Below are positions 39,797 through 50,174 of a DNA stretch of 64,000 bases, one piece after another (positions within the stretch are counted from its first letter, which is position 1; the number at the start of each line of letters is the position of its first letter). The notes beneath the pieces are model-generated. The model was not told the origin of the DNA and made no database searches. It saw only the letters and a program-made list of their open reading frames with translations. Source of the stretch: Sedimentisphaerales bacterium (lineage in GTDB: Bacteria; Planctomycetota; Phycisphaerae; Sedimentisphaerales; Anaerobacaceae); NCBI GenBank assembly GCA_040772485.1, contig JAXGYC010000010.1, positions 320,001 through 384,000 of the forward strand, in the 5' to 3' direction. The translations under genes and the position numbers were made by a program.

Positions 39797-40693
39797 TCAA
39801 CTGCCATTCGTACCCGGCCAGTCGGGACGGTGGAGACACACGTCAAAGAGTTCACAGGATTCGCAGTCGGGGCGTGGGCGGCCGGTGCAGTCGTCGAGGA
39901 TGCCGATGCGGGACAGGGCGAAATCGTACTTGACCGGGTCGGCCGGCGCGATGGCGGCGAAACGCTCCGTGACCTGCACGGCGGTGGATTGCGAGATCGT
40001 GTTGCTGTCGTGCAGACCCAGGATGCGACAGAGGCGGGCCATGTGCACGTCGAGCGGCACGATCAGCTTGGCCGCCTTGACGCCCTTCCACAGTCCCGGA
40101 TCGACGTCGTCGGCGCGGACCATCCATCGCAGGAACAGGTGCAGCCTCTTGCTGGCGCTGCCCCGGCTGGGACTGGCCAGCAGGTACATCAACCCCCGGC
40201 TGACCCTGCCAGCGTGCCTGCGGGCATAGGCATCCGTCAGGCGGTCGCAGAATCTCGCCAGCGAGGGCAGAACGTTCGGCTCGCTCGGATCGAAACCCTC
40301 CACGAAGAACGATTCGATGCTTCCGTGCCGGCGAAGCACCGGACGGAGCAACTCCAGCAGGTCGCCCACATCCTCGGCGGTCGTGAAGCGGTGCTTGAAG
40401 CCGGCCAGGCGAGACCGACGCGACGGCGTGAAACTCATCACGAAATCGTATGGCCCGCAATCCATGCGTGCGAACAGATCGTTCAGACTTCGCTGGATCT
40501 GCTGCACGCGGCCGTAGGCCAGGGCCGCCGCGAGGAAGGAGGCGACCTCCGCATCCTGCGGCCGGTCGAACCGATAGGCGAATTGAAGCGGGTCGGCGCC
40601 GATGAGCCGGCGATGGTTGTACCGTGCATGGACCCGTTCGAGGATTTCCGCCAGAACCTCAGCCCGTGGAGGCGACGCGAGCGAGACGCTCAT
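39797..40693 (-). CDS. TIGR02757 family protein (HhH-GPD-like) with C-terminal 4-Cys cluster
   Basis: DPLQF, ALAYGRV, FKHRF, SASKRLHLFLRWMVR, PLDVH, DPVKYDFAL, CTGRPRPDCESCELFDVC. Confidence 0.88.
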   Translation of the reverse strand: MSVSLASPPRAEVLAEILERVHARYNHRRLIGADPLQFAYRFDRPQDAEVASFLAAALAYGRVQQIQRSLNDLFARMDCGPYDFVMSFTPSRRSRLAGFKHRFTTAEDVGDLLELLRPVLRRHGSIESFFVEGFDPSEPNVLPSLARFCDRLTDAYARRHAGRVSRGLMYLLASPSRGSASKRLHLFLRWMVRADDVDPGLWKGVKAAKLIVPLDVHMARLCRILGLHDSNTISQSTAVQVTERFAAIAPADPVKYDFALSRIGILDDCTGRPRPDCESCELFDVCLHRPDWPGTNGS

Positions 40694-41217
40694 TCGGCCC
40701 TCTGCGGCATCTTCTTGCGTGGGATGTCGCCCGCGAAGCGGCACTCGATTTCGCCGGTCTGCGTGTTGAACCGGACGCGCCGGCCGCGTGTGCCGCCGAC
40801 CTCCTGGCGGACGACGCGGATGCCTGCGGCCTTCAGGACCTCCAGGGCCGCCGCGACATTGCCCTGCCCGATGCTCCCGTCGGCATTCGGGGTCTTCAGG
40901 ACCGCCGCGCCGCCGAAGATGCTGGCCTGATAGTGGCGCGGCTCGGCGTCGATCTTCAGCATGGCGTTGACGATCTGTCGGGTCGCGCTGGTCCCATAGG
41001 TACCGATCTCCGGGTCGGAAGCGTCCCTGGGCCGGTCTCGAAGGAAGTGATTCATCGCTCCGAACCCCTCCTTGGCGTTGTACAGACAGACGGTGACGCA
41101 GGAGCCGACGAGGGTTTCGGTCATCACGGGCCGGCGGGACGCGTAGAACTGGCCCGGCCGGAGGAATTTTCGCATCAATGCAGTCACAGGTCTTGCAACG
41201 CCCCCAGAGAAGATCAC
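40690..41217 (-). CDS. cheD: CheD family glutamine deamidase (alternative start 41175)
   Basis: FLRPGQ, TLVGSCVTVCLY, MNHF, YG, IFGGA, IGQGN, EVGGTRGRRVRFNTQTG. Confidence 0.88.
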   Translation of the reverse strand: MIFSGGVARPVTALMRKFLRPGQFYASRRPVMTETLVGSCVTVCLYNAKEGFGAMNHFLRDRPRDASDPEIGTYGTSATRQIVNAMLKIDAEPRHYQASIFGGAAVLKTPNADGSIGQGNVAAALEVLKAAGIRVVRQEVGGTRGRRVRFNTQTGEIECRFAGDIPRKKMPQRAE

Positions 41218-42017
41218 CCCAAATCGGCGGAGCGGACGCTGGCGAGGAACCGCCCGTTGCTCCTGATCACCTCGATATGACAGCCGAACAGCGCCGTCAG
41301 GTGGGCCGAAGTCAGCAGATCGTCGGGTGTGCCCTGGCCGACGACCCGGCCGCCCTTCATCAACACGATCCGGCCAACCGCAGCCGGCAGCTCGTCCAGA
41401 TGGTGCGAGACGATCACCACCGTCGGCGGCCGGCTCCGCGCCAGCAGCCGGTCGAGGACAGCGACACAGGCCGCACGCGAACCGATGTCCAATCCTACCG
41501 TCGGCTCGTCGAGAAGCAAGATCTTCGCGTTCGAGACCATCGCCCGGGCCAGAAGCGTCTTCATCTGCTCGCCGGAAGACAGGTCGCCGTAGGCCCGCTC
41601 GCCGATCTCACTGAGGCCGACCGACGCCATCTCCTCGTCCACGCGATGCCACTGGCTGTCTGTCGCGCCGCGATGTGGAGGCAACACGATCGTCCCGAAC
41701 AGCCCCGTGGCCACAACGTCGCGCACACACATCCGGTCGTCGAACTTTGGCGCCCGCGAAGGCTCGATCAATCCGATCTGGCGGCGGACATCGGCGAGGT
41801 TGACTCGCCCATAGGTGCGTCCGTCCACGCTGACGACGCCCGTCGAAGGCCAGAGGTAGCCGGCCAGCACCGCCATCAGCGCCGATTTGCCCGATCCGTT
41901 AGGCCCGAGGATCGCACAGCAACTGCCCGCTTCGACACTCAGGCTGATCTCGGCGAGAATGGCGTTGCCCTTTCGGGTGACCCCGACGTTCTTCAGTTCT
42001 ATCGCGTTGCGACTCAA
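41214..42017 (-). CDS. ABC transporter ATP-binding protein (ModF-like)
   Basis: GPNGSGKS, LSSGEQ, LLLDEPTVGLD, VSHH. Confidence 0.92.
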   Translation of the reverse strand: MSRNAIELKNVGVTRKGNAILAEISLSVEAGSCCAILGPNGSGKSALMAVLAGYLWPSTGVVSVDGRTYGRVNLADVRRQIGLIEPSRAPKFDDRMCVRDVVATGLFGTIVLPPHRGATDSQWHRVDEEMASVGLSEIGERAYGDLSSGEQMKTLLARAMVSNAKILLLDEPTVGLDIGSRAACVAVLDRLLARSRPPTVVIVSHHLDELPAAVGRIVLMKGGRVVGQGTPDDLLTSAHLTALFGCHIEVIRSNGRFLASVRSADLG

Positions 42018-42036
42018 AGCCAGACCCAGGCCACCG

Positions 42037-42903
42037 TCAGCCAGCCCTCCGGAACGTGTCGATCAGCGATGCGAGCTTGCCGGCGTCCACGTCCCGTTCG
42101 CAGAGGGGACGCTCGTCATCACGATACATCTGCGTGTTCTCTTCGAAGCTGCTCTTGGGATTGACGTAGAAGACGCCGAGAGGCAGCCGGTCGGTTTCCG
42201 TCGCCTTGGCGAAGGCCGCTATGCGGTCCGACGGATCGTGCGAATCGTCCAGGTAGTACACGTGGTCCTTGAACCACTGGTACGTGTTGAGCTTGTTGAA
42301 CGTCACGCACGGCTGGAAGATGTCCACCAGCGCGTAGCCCTTGTGCCGGATGGCCCGTTTGAGGATCTCTCTGGTCTGCTCGCGGTCGCCCGAGTTGGCC
42401 CGTGCGACGAAACTGGCATCGAGGGCGATGGCCACCGCCAGCGGATTGAACGGTTCGAGAATCACGCCGGCGACCTGGACGGGCGTCTTGAATCCGCGCC
42501 GGCTCGTGGGCGACGCCTGGCCCTTCGTCAGGCCGTAGACCATGTTGTCGTGGACGATGTTGGTGATGTCGGGGTTGCGGCGGATGCAATGGATGAAATG
42601 GTTGCCGCCCTCGCCGTACATGTCCCCATCGCCGCTCTCGGCGATCACCGTCAGCTTGGGATTCACGACCTTGATTGCAGTGGCCGGTGGCAGCGCCCGG
42701 CCGTGCAGGCCGTTGAAGAAATGGCACTTGAGATAGTGCGGAATCTTGGCCGCCTGCCCGATCCCAGAGACCATTACGAGCTGCCTCGGGTCGATCTGAA
42801 GCTCCGCAAGCGCCTCCTTCAGCGTCTTGAGGATGGGGTAGTTGCCGCATCCCGGACACCAGGCAATGTCGATGTCACTCATCTCGAATATATCCGTCGC
42901 CAT
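42037..42903 (-). CDS. 2-oxoacid:ferredoxin oxidoreductase beta subunit
   Basis: [45 protein letters not shown]. Confidence 0.95.
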   Translation of the reverse strand: MATDIFEMSDIDIAWCPGCGNYPILKTLKEALAELQIDPRQLVMVSGIGQAAKIPHYLKCHFFNGLHGRALPPATAIKVVNPKLTVIAESGDGDMYGEGGNHFIHCIRRNPDITNIVHDNMVYGLTKGQASPTSRRGFKTPVQVAGVILEPFNPLAVAIALDASFVARANSGDREQTREILKRAIRHKGYALVDIFQPCVTFNKLNTYQWFKDHVYYLDDSHDPSDRIAAFAKATETDRLPLGVFYVNPKSSFEENTQMYRDDERPLCERDVDAGKLASLIDTFRRAG

Positions 42904-42947
42904 TCGGCACCCCACGAGATTGATTATCGATGATTGATGATTGACTA

Positions 42948-44678
42948 TTACCGATTGACAATTTCGGTGAGTCCTTCGACCACGTCTTCGACCGTAAAGC
43001 CGAGGCCATCGTACTTGACCAGGGCCTCGTCCACGTCCACGCCCGCGTGCAGCCGGATCAGCTTGCGGAACTGCCCCGTCGCGTTGCCCTCGACCACGAC
43101 GGTCTTGCGGGCCTTGCGGATGAGGTCGGCCGTGCTCGGGTGCAGCGGGTACACCTGGCTGTAATGCAGCATCGCGGTGTCGGTCCGGCCCAGCTCGGCC
43201 AGAGCCTCGTGGACGATGTGGTAGGTCGAGCCCCAGCAGATCACGAGTTTCTTGTAGTTCTTCGGCCCGATCAGCTCAGGTCGAGCGATCTCCTTCTTGA
43301 GCGCTTCGCCCCTGGCCAGGCGTTTGTCGACCATGGCCACGCGCACGTTGAGGTCTTCGGTGATGTGGCCTTCCTCATCGTGCTCGTCGCTGTCGACCGC
43401 AACCAGCCCCTCGCCATATCCCGGGATGCCGCGAGGAGAAATCCCGTTCTTCGTCAGCTCGTAGCGGCGGTAGTCCCGCGTGGTCTTGACGATGTGCCTT
43501 TCGGCCTTCGTCTTCGACAGATCAAACCCTTTGAAGTTGTAGTAGGAATCGATCAGATACTCGTCGGTCAGGATGAACGCGGGGACCTGGTACTTGTCGG
43601 CGAGGTTGAACGCCCTCTGCGTCAGATAGAAGGCCTGTTCGAGCGTCCCGGGCGCGAAGAGGATTCGCGGGAACTCACCATGCCCGGCGTAGAGGGCCAG
43701 TTCGAGGTCCGCCTGCTCCGTCCGCGTGGGCAGGCCCGTGGCTGGTCCCGGCCGCTGGGCCAGGTGGATCACCACAGGACATTCGAGCATCCCCGCCAGG
43801 CTCACGCCCTCGGTCATCAGGGCAAAGCCACCGCCGGACGTGGTCACCATGGCGCGGGCGCCGGCGTACGAGGCGCCGATCGCCATGTTGATCGCCGCGA
43901 TCTCATCCTCCGCCTGCTCGGCCAGGACGCCCTGTTCGAGACCATGCTGGGCGAGATAGGTCAACACGCCGGTCGAAGGGGACATCGGATAGGACGACAC
44001 AAAATTGCAGCCGCCGGCGATCGCGCCGAGGCCGACCGCTTCAGCGCCGCTGAGCAGCATCTCGTCCGCGACCTTGGGGCTCGGTTTGAAGGTCAGCTTC
44101 AGCCCATCCGGGACATCGAGCTTGCCGACTGCATCGTAGCCGGCCTGCACCGCCTTGACGTTGTTGGCGACGATGTCCTCGGACTTTCTCGCGAAGAACC
44201 GCCGGACGTAGGCGACCACCGCGTCCGGATCGAGCCCGAGCAGGCCCGCGATCGCGCCGACCGCCACCACGTTCGAGTAGATCTTGCCGCCGATGTCCGA
44301 AGCAATCTGGGTAAACGGGACGGCCAGGAATCGATGCGATTCGATGTCCTCGTCGCCGACCACCTCGCGCTCACCGACGAGCACTGTTTCCGACGAGAGC
44401 CTTTCGGCCACGTGGGCAACGGCGCCCTTGTTCAGGGGCACGAGAATGTCCATGCGGCTGACCGGCGCCGCGACGCGATTGCCGCAGACGCGGATCGTCG
44501 TCGAGTTGGCGCCGCCCCGCACGCGGGACATGTACTCCTTCGTGGCGAAAACGTGGCAGCCGGCGGCCTTCAGGATGCGCGTCAACAGGTGCTCGACCGT
44601 CTGCACGCCCTGCCCTGCCTGCCCGCACAGGACGATCGAAACGTCCTGCTTCTTCACTGCCTGCTGCGTAGCCCTCAT
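42948..44678 (-). CDS. 2-oxoacid:ferredoxin oxidoreductase alpha (gamma-fused) subunit
   Basis: [47 protein letters not shown]. Confidence 0.95.
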   Translation of the reverse strand: MRATQQAVKKQDVSIVLCGQAGQGVQTVEHLLTRILKAAGCHVFATKEYMSRVRGGANSTTIRVCGNRVAAPVSRMDILVPLNKGAVAHVAERLSSETVLVGEREVVGDEDIESHRFLAVPFTQIASDIGGKIYSNVVAVGAIAGLLGLDPDAVVAYVRRFFARKSEDIVANNVKAVQAGYDAVGKLDVPDGLKLTFKPSPKVADEMLLSGAEAVGLGAIAGGCNFVSSYPMSPSTGVLTYLAQHGLEQGVLAEQAEDEIAAINMAIGASYAGARAMVTTSGGGFALMTEGVSLAGMLECPVVIHLAQRPGPATGLPTRTEQADLELALYAGHGEFPRILFAPGTLEQAFYLTQRAFNLADKYQVPAFILTDEYLIDSYYNFKGFDLSKTKAERHIVKTTRDYRRYELTKNGISPRGIPGYGEGLVAVDSDEHDEEGHITEDLNVRVAMVDKRLARGEALKKEIARPELIGPKNYKKLVICWGSTYHIVHEALAELGRTDTAMLHYSQVYPLHPSTADLIRKARKTVVVEGNATGQFRKLIRLHAGVDVDEALVKYDGLGFTVEDVVEGLTEIVNR

Positions 44679-44770
44679 TCAGTCATCCTCGATTCGTCGG
44701 ACTTCGTCGCCTGTCGAGATCGCATTCCACCTGCCTTGCCCATGCGCACGGGCTGAGCATTGCCAGCGGT

Positions 44771-44798
44771 ATTATGATGCACGACCCGACAGTGTCAA
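44771..44798 (-). promoter_or_regulatory. Sigma70-type promoter of the oxidoreductase operon
   Basis: Minus strand TTGACA-16 bp-CATAAT about 95 bp upstream of the alpha subunit. Confidence 0.55.
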
Positions 44799-44802
44799 CG
44801 GT

Positions 44803-46911
44803 TCAGTGTTTCGGGCCAATCGACAGGAGGATTTCCCGCAAATCCTGTGGGTTCGTCACCGGTCGCCGGCAGGCGCGATCGCGGCAAACGTAGGCGGCGG
44901 CGTGTCCGTCAATCGGCCCCAGACCGGTCACGAAGGGAGCCACCTCTTCGACGGCCCGGCCCTCAGGGCCGAACGGGCGGACCAGGAGCACGGCGTTGGG
45001 CAGGAAATGGCGACGGACTTCGTCCACCAGAGCGTCGGTCTCGGCCGGCTGCGCCGAGGCGGCGATGACGATTTCCTGGCTCGGTCCCAGCGCGAAGCTC
45101 AGCGCCGTTGCCATCGCCGCCAGTGTGGTCGGCGACTCGACCATGGAGATGGAGAAGGCATCCAGCACCCGTTGAGCGTGCGTGGCATAGCGTTCCTCGC
45201 CGGTGAGCTCTGCCAGACGCAGCAGCGTCATGGCGGCGGCGGAATTGCCGCTGGGGACGGCGCCGTCATAGGATGGTTTGTCGCGTACGATCAGGCGTTC
45301 GCCGTCGCGACCGGCCAGGAAGAACCCGCCGGACCGGCTGTCGCCGAAGAGATCGATCATCCGGTCGGCCAGGTCTGCGGCTTCGCGCAGCCACCGGGCA
45401 TCGAACGTCGCCTGATACAGCTCGACCAGACCGCCGATCAGATATGCATAGTCGTCGAGGAACCCCTTTTCGACGGCCCGCCCGCCTCGGAAGTAGCGCA
45501 TCAGCCGGCCTTTCACGAGGAGCGAATCGAGCACGAAACGGGCTGCTCTCTCGGCCGCCGTCACGTATCGCAGCTCGCCCAGCACGGCGCCGCCATAGGC
45601 CATCGCGGAAATCATCAATCCGTTCCAGCCCGCGATGATCTTGTCGTCCCGGCCAGGACGCGGTCTTGTGTTTCGGTGTTGGCGAAGCTTCTGGCGAGCG
45701 CCGGCCAGTTCGCCTTCGATCTCCGTCAATACGTCCGCCGGCTCGTCGCCGGCCTTCGCACGCCGGCGAGCAAGGTGCAGGATGCTCGTTCCGTTCTCGA
45801 AGTTGCCTTTCTTCGTGATCCCGTAGCATTCGCAGAAGAGCCCGGCCTGTCGCTGCGGCAGAATCGACTCAATCTCCGCCTGCGTCCAGACGTAGAAGGC
45901 GCCTTCCTTGCCTTCGCTGTCGGCGTCTTCGGCCGCATAGAACGCGCCGCCCGGGTCGGTCAGGTCGCGCAGCACGTAGTCGAAGATCCCGCGTGCCACC
46001 GATGCGTGGCGTTCGCGGCCCATCGCCTGAAACGCCTGGACAAAGACCTGGCCCAGCAACGCCTGGTCGTACAGCATCTTCTCGAAGTGCGGCACCCGCC
46101 ATTGCCGGTCGGTCGCATAGCGGTGGAACCCGCCGCCCAGGTGGTCGTGGATGCCGCCGGCGGCCATGGCGTCCAGCGTTTCAGTGACCATCCGCAAGGC
46201 CCCCTCCTCGCCCGTGCGGTGCGCGTAGCTCAACAGAAACGCGAGCGTGCCGGGCTGCGGGAACTTGGGGGCGTCGCCGAACCCGCCGTGTGACTCGTCA
46301 AAGGAGCGGGACAATGCGACGAAGGCGCTCTGGGGAACGTCCGCTGTTCGTGCGGCGGCGGCGATCTTCGGCGAACCGGTCACCTCCAGTTTCACAAGCG
46401 AATCGGTGACTTTCTTCGCCGATTCGAGCAAATCGCGTCGCTTGTCGCGCCAAGCCTGAGCGATGGCCAGAAGCACCTGCTGGAAACTGGGCCGGCCGTA
46501 CATGCTGGTCGGCGGAAAGTAGGTCCCGCCATAGAAGGGCCTGCCCTGCGGCGTCAGGAACACCGAGAGCGGCCAGCCACCCGAACCGGTCATCACCTGG
46601 ACCGCCTTCATGTAGGTCTCGTCGACGTCGGGCCGCTCCTCGCGATCCACCTTGACGCAGACGAAGTGGTTGTTGAGCAGGGCCGCGGTTGCCTCGTCTT
46701 CGAAGCTCTCGCGCTCCATGACGTGACACCAGTGGCAGGTCGAGTAGCCGATCGACAGGAACACCGGCTTGTCCCGGCGGAGAGCGCACGCGAAAGCCTC
46801 ATCCCCCCACGGGTGCCAGTCCACGGGGTTGGACGCATGCTGGAGTAAGTACGGACTGCTCTGGTGAGCCAGCCGATTGCCACCTCCGGCGGCGCTCAGT
46901 CCTGCGGTCAT
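44803..46911 (-). CDS. Thioredoxin-domain protein YyaL/SSP411 (DUF255)
   Basis: [50 protein letters not shown]. Confidence 0.95.
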   Translation of the reverse strand: MTAGLSAAGGGNRLAHQSSPYLLQHASNPVDWHPWGDEAFACALRRDKPVFLSIGYSTCHWCHVMERESFEDEATAALLNNHFVCVKVDREERPDVDETYMKAVQVMTGSGGWPLSVFLTPQGRPFYGGTYFPPTSMYGRPSFQQVLLAIAQAWRDKRRDLLESAKKVTDSLVKLEVTGSPKIAAAARTADVPQSAFVALSRSFDESHGGFGDAPKFPQPGTLAFLLSYAHRTGEEGALRMVTETLDAMAAGGIHDHLGGGFHRYATDRQWRVPHFEKMLYDQALLGQVFVQAFQAMGRERHASVARGIFDYVLRDLTDPGGAFYAAEDADSEGKEGAFYVWTQAEIESILPQRQAGLFCECYGITKKGNFENGTSILHLARRRAKAGDEPADVLTEIEGELAGARQKLRQHRNTRPRPGRDDKIIAGWNGLMISAMAYGGAVLGELRYVTAAERAARFVLDSLLVKGRLMRYFRGGRAVEKGFLDDYAYLIGGLVELYQATFDARWLREAADLADRMIDLFGDSRSGGFFLAGRDGERLIVRDKPSYDGAVPSGNSAAAMTLLRLAELTGEERYATHAQRVLDAFSISMVESPTTLAAMATALSFALGPSQEIVIAASAQPAETDALVDEVRRHFLPNAVLLVRPFGPEGRAVEEVAPFVTGLGPIDGHAAAYVCRDRACRRPVTNPQDLREILLSIGPKH

Positions 46912-46932
46912 GGACGCCCCCCTGTGCTACCG

Positions 46933-47424
46933 TTACATGGTCTGTTCCAGCGACTGAACGAGGATGCGGACGTGCTTCATCTCCTCCTGAATCACCTCGT
47001 CCAACGTCCTGCGGTCAACCTCCTGCGGCACGAAGTCCTTCAGGCCGGTGTAGTAAACGATCGAATCCTTCTCCTTCTCGATGGCCATCCTCAGGACGTC
47101 GGCCCTGCTCTCGTCGCCGGTCAACTCCTGGCCCGGATCGGGCTGGATCCCGAAGACCGCCAGCCCCGCCAATGCCCTCGCATCAGGCCCGTCGAGCCGA
47201 TCCGGACGCAAATCTCCGAGCTGCCAGTGCTGGCTCGCCAGCCGCTCGCGCATCTGCCGGAACACCTCGATGTGCTTGCTCTCCCACTGGGCCAGTTGGA
47301 CAAACAGCGTGCTGATGCCCGCATCATTGCACAGACCCGCCGCCCGGCGGTAGAACTTCACCCCGTTTCGCTCGATCTTCTCGGCGATTTCGAGCACCTC
47401 ATAACCGCTCATTTCCACGTCCAT
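46933..47424 (-). CDS. Rubrerythrin/ferritin-like di-iron protein
   Basis: IERNG..FY, ESKH, EKDSIVYY, EEMKH. Confidence 0.85.
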   Translation of the reverse strand: MDVEMSGYEVLEIAEKIERNGVKFYRRAAGLCNDAGISTLFVQLAQWESKHIEVFRQMRERLASQHWQLGDLRPDRLDGPDARALAGLAVFGIQPDPGQELTGDESRADVLRMAIEKEKDSIVYYTGLKDFVPQEVDRRTLDEVIQEEMKHVRILVQSLEQTM

Positions 47425-47587
47425 CGGCATGACTCCCACGTCCGAATCGATCCCGGCCTCCGACAAGACTTCGCAGCGCCGGCCATTCTGTCACCTCTCT
47501 ATAGGCCGCTAAAGCGCTCTCGGTTCAGAAATGCGCGGGTTACCTCTGGTCGAATCGCCCCCAATACGGTAGAGTATCGATATCACT

Positions 47588-50170
47588 ATGGACGAGATTC
47601 GGAGAAGGTTGGCCCTCATCGAGACGCAGCTCAGCCGGCAGAGTCTCCACACGCGGCTGATTGACACGGCGGGTCTGTTCTTCCCGGCTGTCGGCCTCAT
47701 GGCAGGGATTGTCGCCCAGCACGTGATCGCGACGTCGTTCGGACCGGCCGATTCGCCGCAGCGGCCGTGGCCACAGATCGCTGTGCCGGTTCTCATGGCG
47801 GCCGCCCTCTGCGTCGTGATGGCCTGCACAGTCCGGCGTCTGCGGCCTTCCGTCGCGGCGTGGGGCGCCCTGCTCTGCTTCATGGGACTCGGGGCCATCC
47901 GCCTGAGCGTCTATCAGACGGCTGCCGGCGACGACATCCGTCACTTCGTCGGCACCGAGCGGGTTCTGGCAACCGTGCGCGGGCGCATTGTCACGCGGCC
48001 CCTCAGCATCCGGGCGGACTGGTGCTTCGCGGAGCTGACGTTCACCGATCCGCCCACGGCATTCCATGTGAGACTGGATCGGGTCAAGACCGGCGGCGGC
48101 TGGGTCGATGCGAGCGGCGTCGTGCGGATGCAGATCGACGAGCCAACGCTGAATCTGAAGATCGGCGACACCATCCAGGCCTATTGCTGGCTGTATCGAT
48201 TCGAGGTGCCGAGGAATCCGGGGCAGTTCGATCTGGCCGCACACCTGGCGCGGAGCAATATCTACGTCGGCGCCTCGGTCCCCTCGGGCGATGCGATCGA
48301 GAGGCGCCGGACCGCTGGCGTGAACCCGTTCGCCCGTCTGCGCACGCGATTGGGTGAAGGCGCGTCAGCGGCGCTGCTGTGCGGCGCAGCATCGGTGGAA
48401 GACCCCCACGGCTTGGCGGAGGCTCTGCTGCTGGGCAACCGGGAGCGAATCGACCGGCAGACGTATGAGGCCTTTCGCCGGACGGGATTGCTCCATCTGG
48501 TCAGCCTCTCCGGCATGCACCTGGGCATCTTCGCCGGTATGATCTGGTGGCTGGGAAAGACCGCCGGCTTGATGAAGCCGGGGCGCGCCGTTCTGTGCGC
48601 TGTCGCCGTGGCAGCGTTCCTGCTGACAGTCCCGGCGCGGGCGCCCACCGTTCGCGCCGCCCTCATCGTGTGGGCCTTCTGTGCCTCGGTCCTGGCGCGC
48701 CGCCGCACAAGCGTCCTCAATGCGTTGTGTCTGGCGGCGATCGTCCTGCTGCTGATCCGGCCGACTCAGTTGTTCGAGGCGGGCTGGCAATTGTCGTTTG
48801 CCGCTGTGGCGGGAATCCTGGCGCTGACCAGTCCCATCGAACGCGCCTTCCATGACCTCACGCGCGGCTGGTTCCACTGGCAGGACCTGTCGGCGAGTCT
48901 GGCGGTGTATGCGGTCAAGCGCGTCGGCAGCGGCACCGTCCGACTGCTCGCGGCGGGCCTGGGCGCCTGGATCGGCGGCGCCGGCATTCTGCTGTACCAT
49001 TTCTGGACGATCACGCCGCTGGCCAGTCTCTGGACGGTGCTGGTCTTTCCTCTGGTGCAGGCGATCCTGACGGCAGGCTTCGTGAAGATTGCGGCGTTCG
49101 TCCTGTTGCCCAGCCTGGGCGCCGTCCTGGGAATGCTTCTGACGGTCTGCACGGACTGGCTCGCCGGCATCGTGACGCTCCTGGGCCGGCTGGACGCCAA
49201 CACGATCGTCATCGGTCGCGTCACGATTGGCCTGGTCGTCGCCTACTACGGGCTGGTGCTCCTCGCCCGCTTCGGACGCCTCGGCCGCACCCGTCTGAAG
49301 CCCATCCTGTGCGTCGCCCTGGCTGTTGTCGTGCTCGCCTGGATCGGCACGATCAAGTGGAGCCGCACCCACCGAGACCATCTGCAAATGACCTGCCTGG
49401 ACGTGGGGCACGGCCAGGCGATCGTCGTTCAACTGCCCGGCGCCAAGACGATGCTCTTCGACGCCGGCTCGATGTACCACCGGGACATCGGATCGCGCAT
49501 CGTAATGCCCTTCCTCAACTCCGTGGGCATCGCGGAACTCGAAGCCATCATCGTCAGCCACGGCGACGTCGACCACGTCAACGGAATCCCCGAGATCGTG
49601 GATGGCTGCACGGTCCGTCACGTGTATGCCGGCGAGGGGTTCGGCGTCCCGCCCCCAAGCGACCCGACGGCGGACCTGCTGACCGAATCCCTGCGTCACA
49701 GGGGGCATCCGATAGAGCCCCTGCCACCCCTTCTCGACACCGGACAAGCCACGATTCGCACGCTCTGGCCTCCCGACGACCCTTGCGACACACGCGAACT
49801 GAGCGACAACGACCGTTCGCTGGTCCTGCTGATCGATTTCGGGGGCGTGGAGATTCTCCTGTGCTCAGACATCGAGGAATTTGCCCAGGAGCAGATTCGG
49901 GTCCGATATCCCGAGCTGACCGCCGATATCGTGGTCGTTCCCCACCACGGCTCGACGACGACGCGGGACGAAGCGTTCCTGGAAAAGCTCGGGCCCCAGG
50001 TAGAGATTCGCAGTTGCGACCGAAAGCAGTACGCCCGCAGAGGCCATTCGGCCGAAGAAGAAAATGTCGGCGGATTCGCAACCGCTCGGAACGGCGCGGT
50101 TCGTGTTTGCGTAGATAGAAGCGGTATGGTATCAACGACCGTTCACATTCCGCGTTTAGAAGGAGAATAG
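47588..50170 (+). CDS. comEC: DNA internalization competence protein ComEC/Rec2
   Basis: RNPGQFD, GLLHLVSLSGMH, GWQLSF, LDVGHGQA, SHGDVDH metallo-beta-lactamase, PHHGS. Confidence 0.93.
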   Translation: MDEIRRRLALIETQLSRQSLHTRLIDTAGLFFPAVGLMAGIVAQHVIATSFGPADSPQRPWPQIAVPVLMAAALCVVMACTVRRLRPSVAAWGALLCFMGLGAIRLSVYQTAAGDDIRHFVGTERVLATVRGRIVTRPLSIRADWCFAELTFTDPPTAFHVRLDRVKTGGGWVDASGVVRMQIDEPTLNLKIGDTIQAYCWLYRFEVPRNPGQFDLAAHLARSNIYVGASVPSGDAIERRRTAGVNPFARLRTRLGEGASAALLCGAASVEDPHGLAEALLLGNRERIDRQTYEAFRRTGLLHLVSLSGMHLGIFAGMIWWLGKTAGLMKPGRAVLCAVAVAAFLLTVPARAPTVRAALIVWAFCASVLARRRTSVLNALCLAAIVLLLIRPTQLFEAGWQLSFAAVAGILALTSPIERAFHDLTRGWFHWQDLSASLAVYAVKRVGSGTVRLLAAGLGAWIGGAGILLYHFWTITPLASLWTVLVFPLVQAILTAGFVKIAAFVLLPSLGAVLGMLLTVCTDWLAGIVTLLGRLDANTIVIGRVTIGLVVAYYGLVLLARFGRLGRTRLKPILCVALAVVVLAWIGTIKWSRTHRDHLQMTCLDVGHGQAIVVQLPGAKTMLFDAGSMYHRDIGSRIVMPFLNSVGIAELEAIIVSHGDVDHVNGIPEIVDGCTVRHVYAGEGFGVPPPSDPTADLLTESLRHRGHPIEPLPPLLDTGQATIRTLWPPDDPCDTRELSDNDRSLVLLIDFGGVEILLCSDIEEFAQEQIRVRYPELTADIVVVPHHGSTTTRDEAFLEKLGPQVEIRSCDRKQYARRGHSAEEENVGGFATARNGAVRVCVDRSGMVSTTVHIPRLEGE

Positions 50171-50174
50171 GCCA

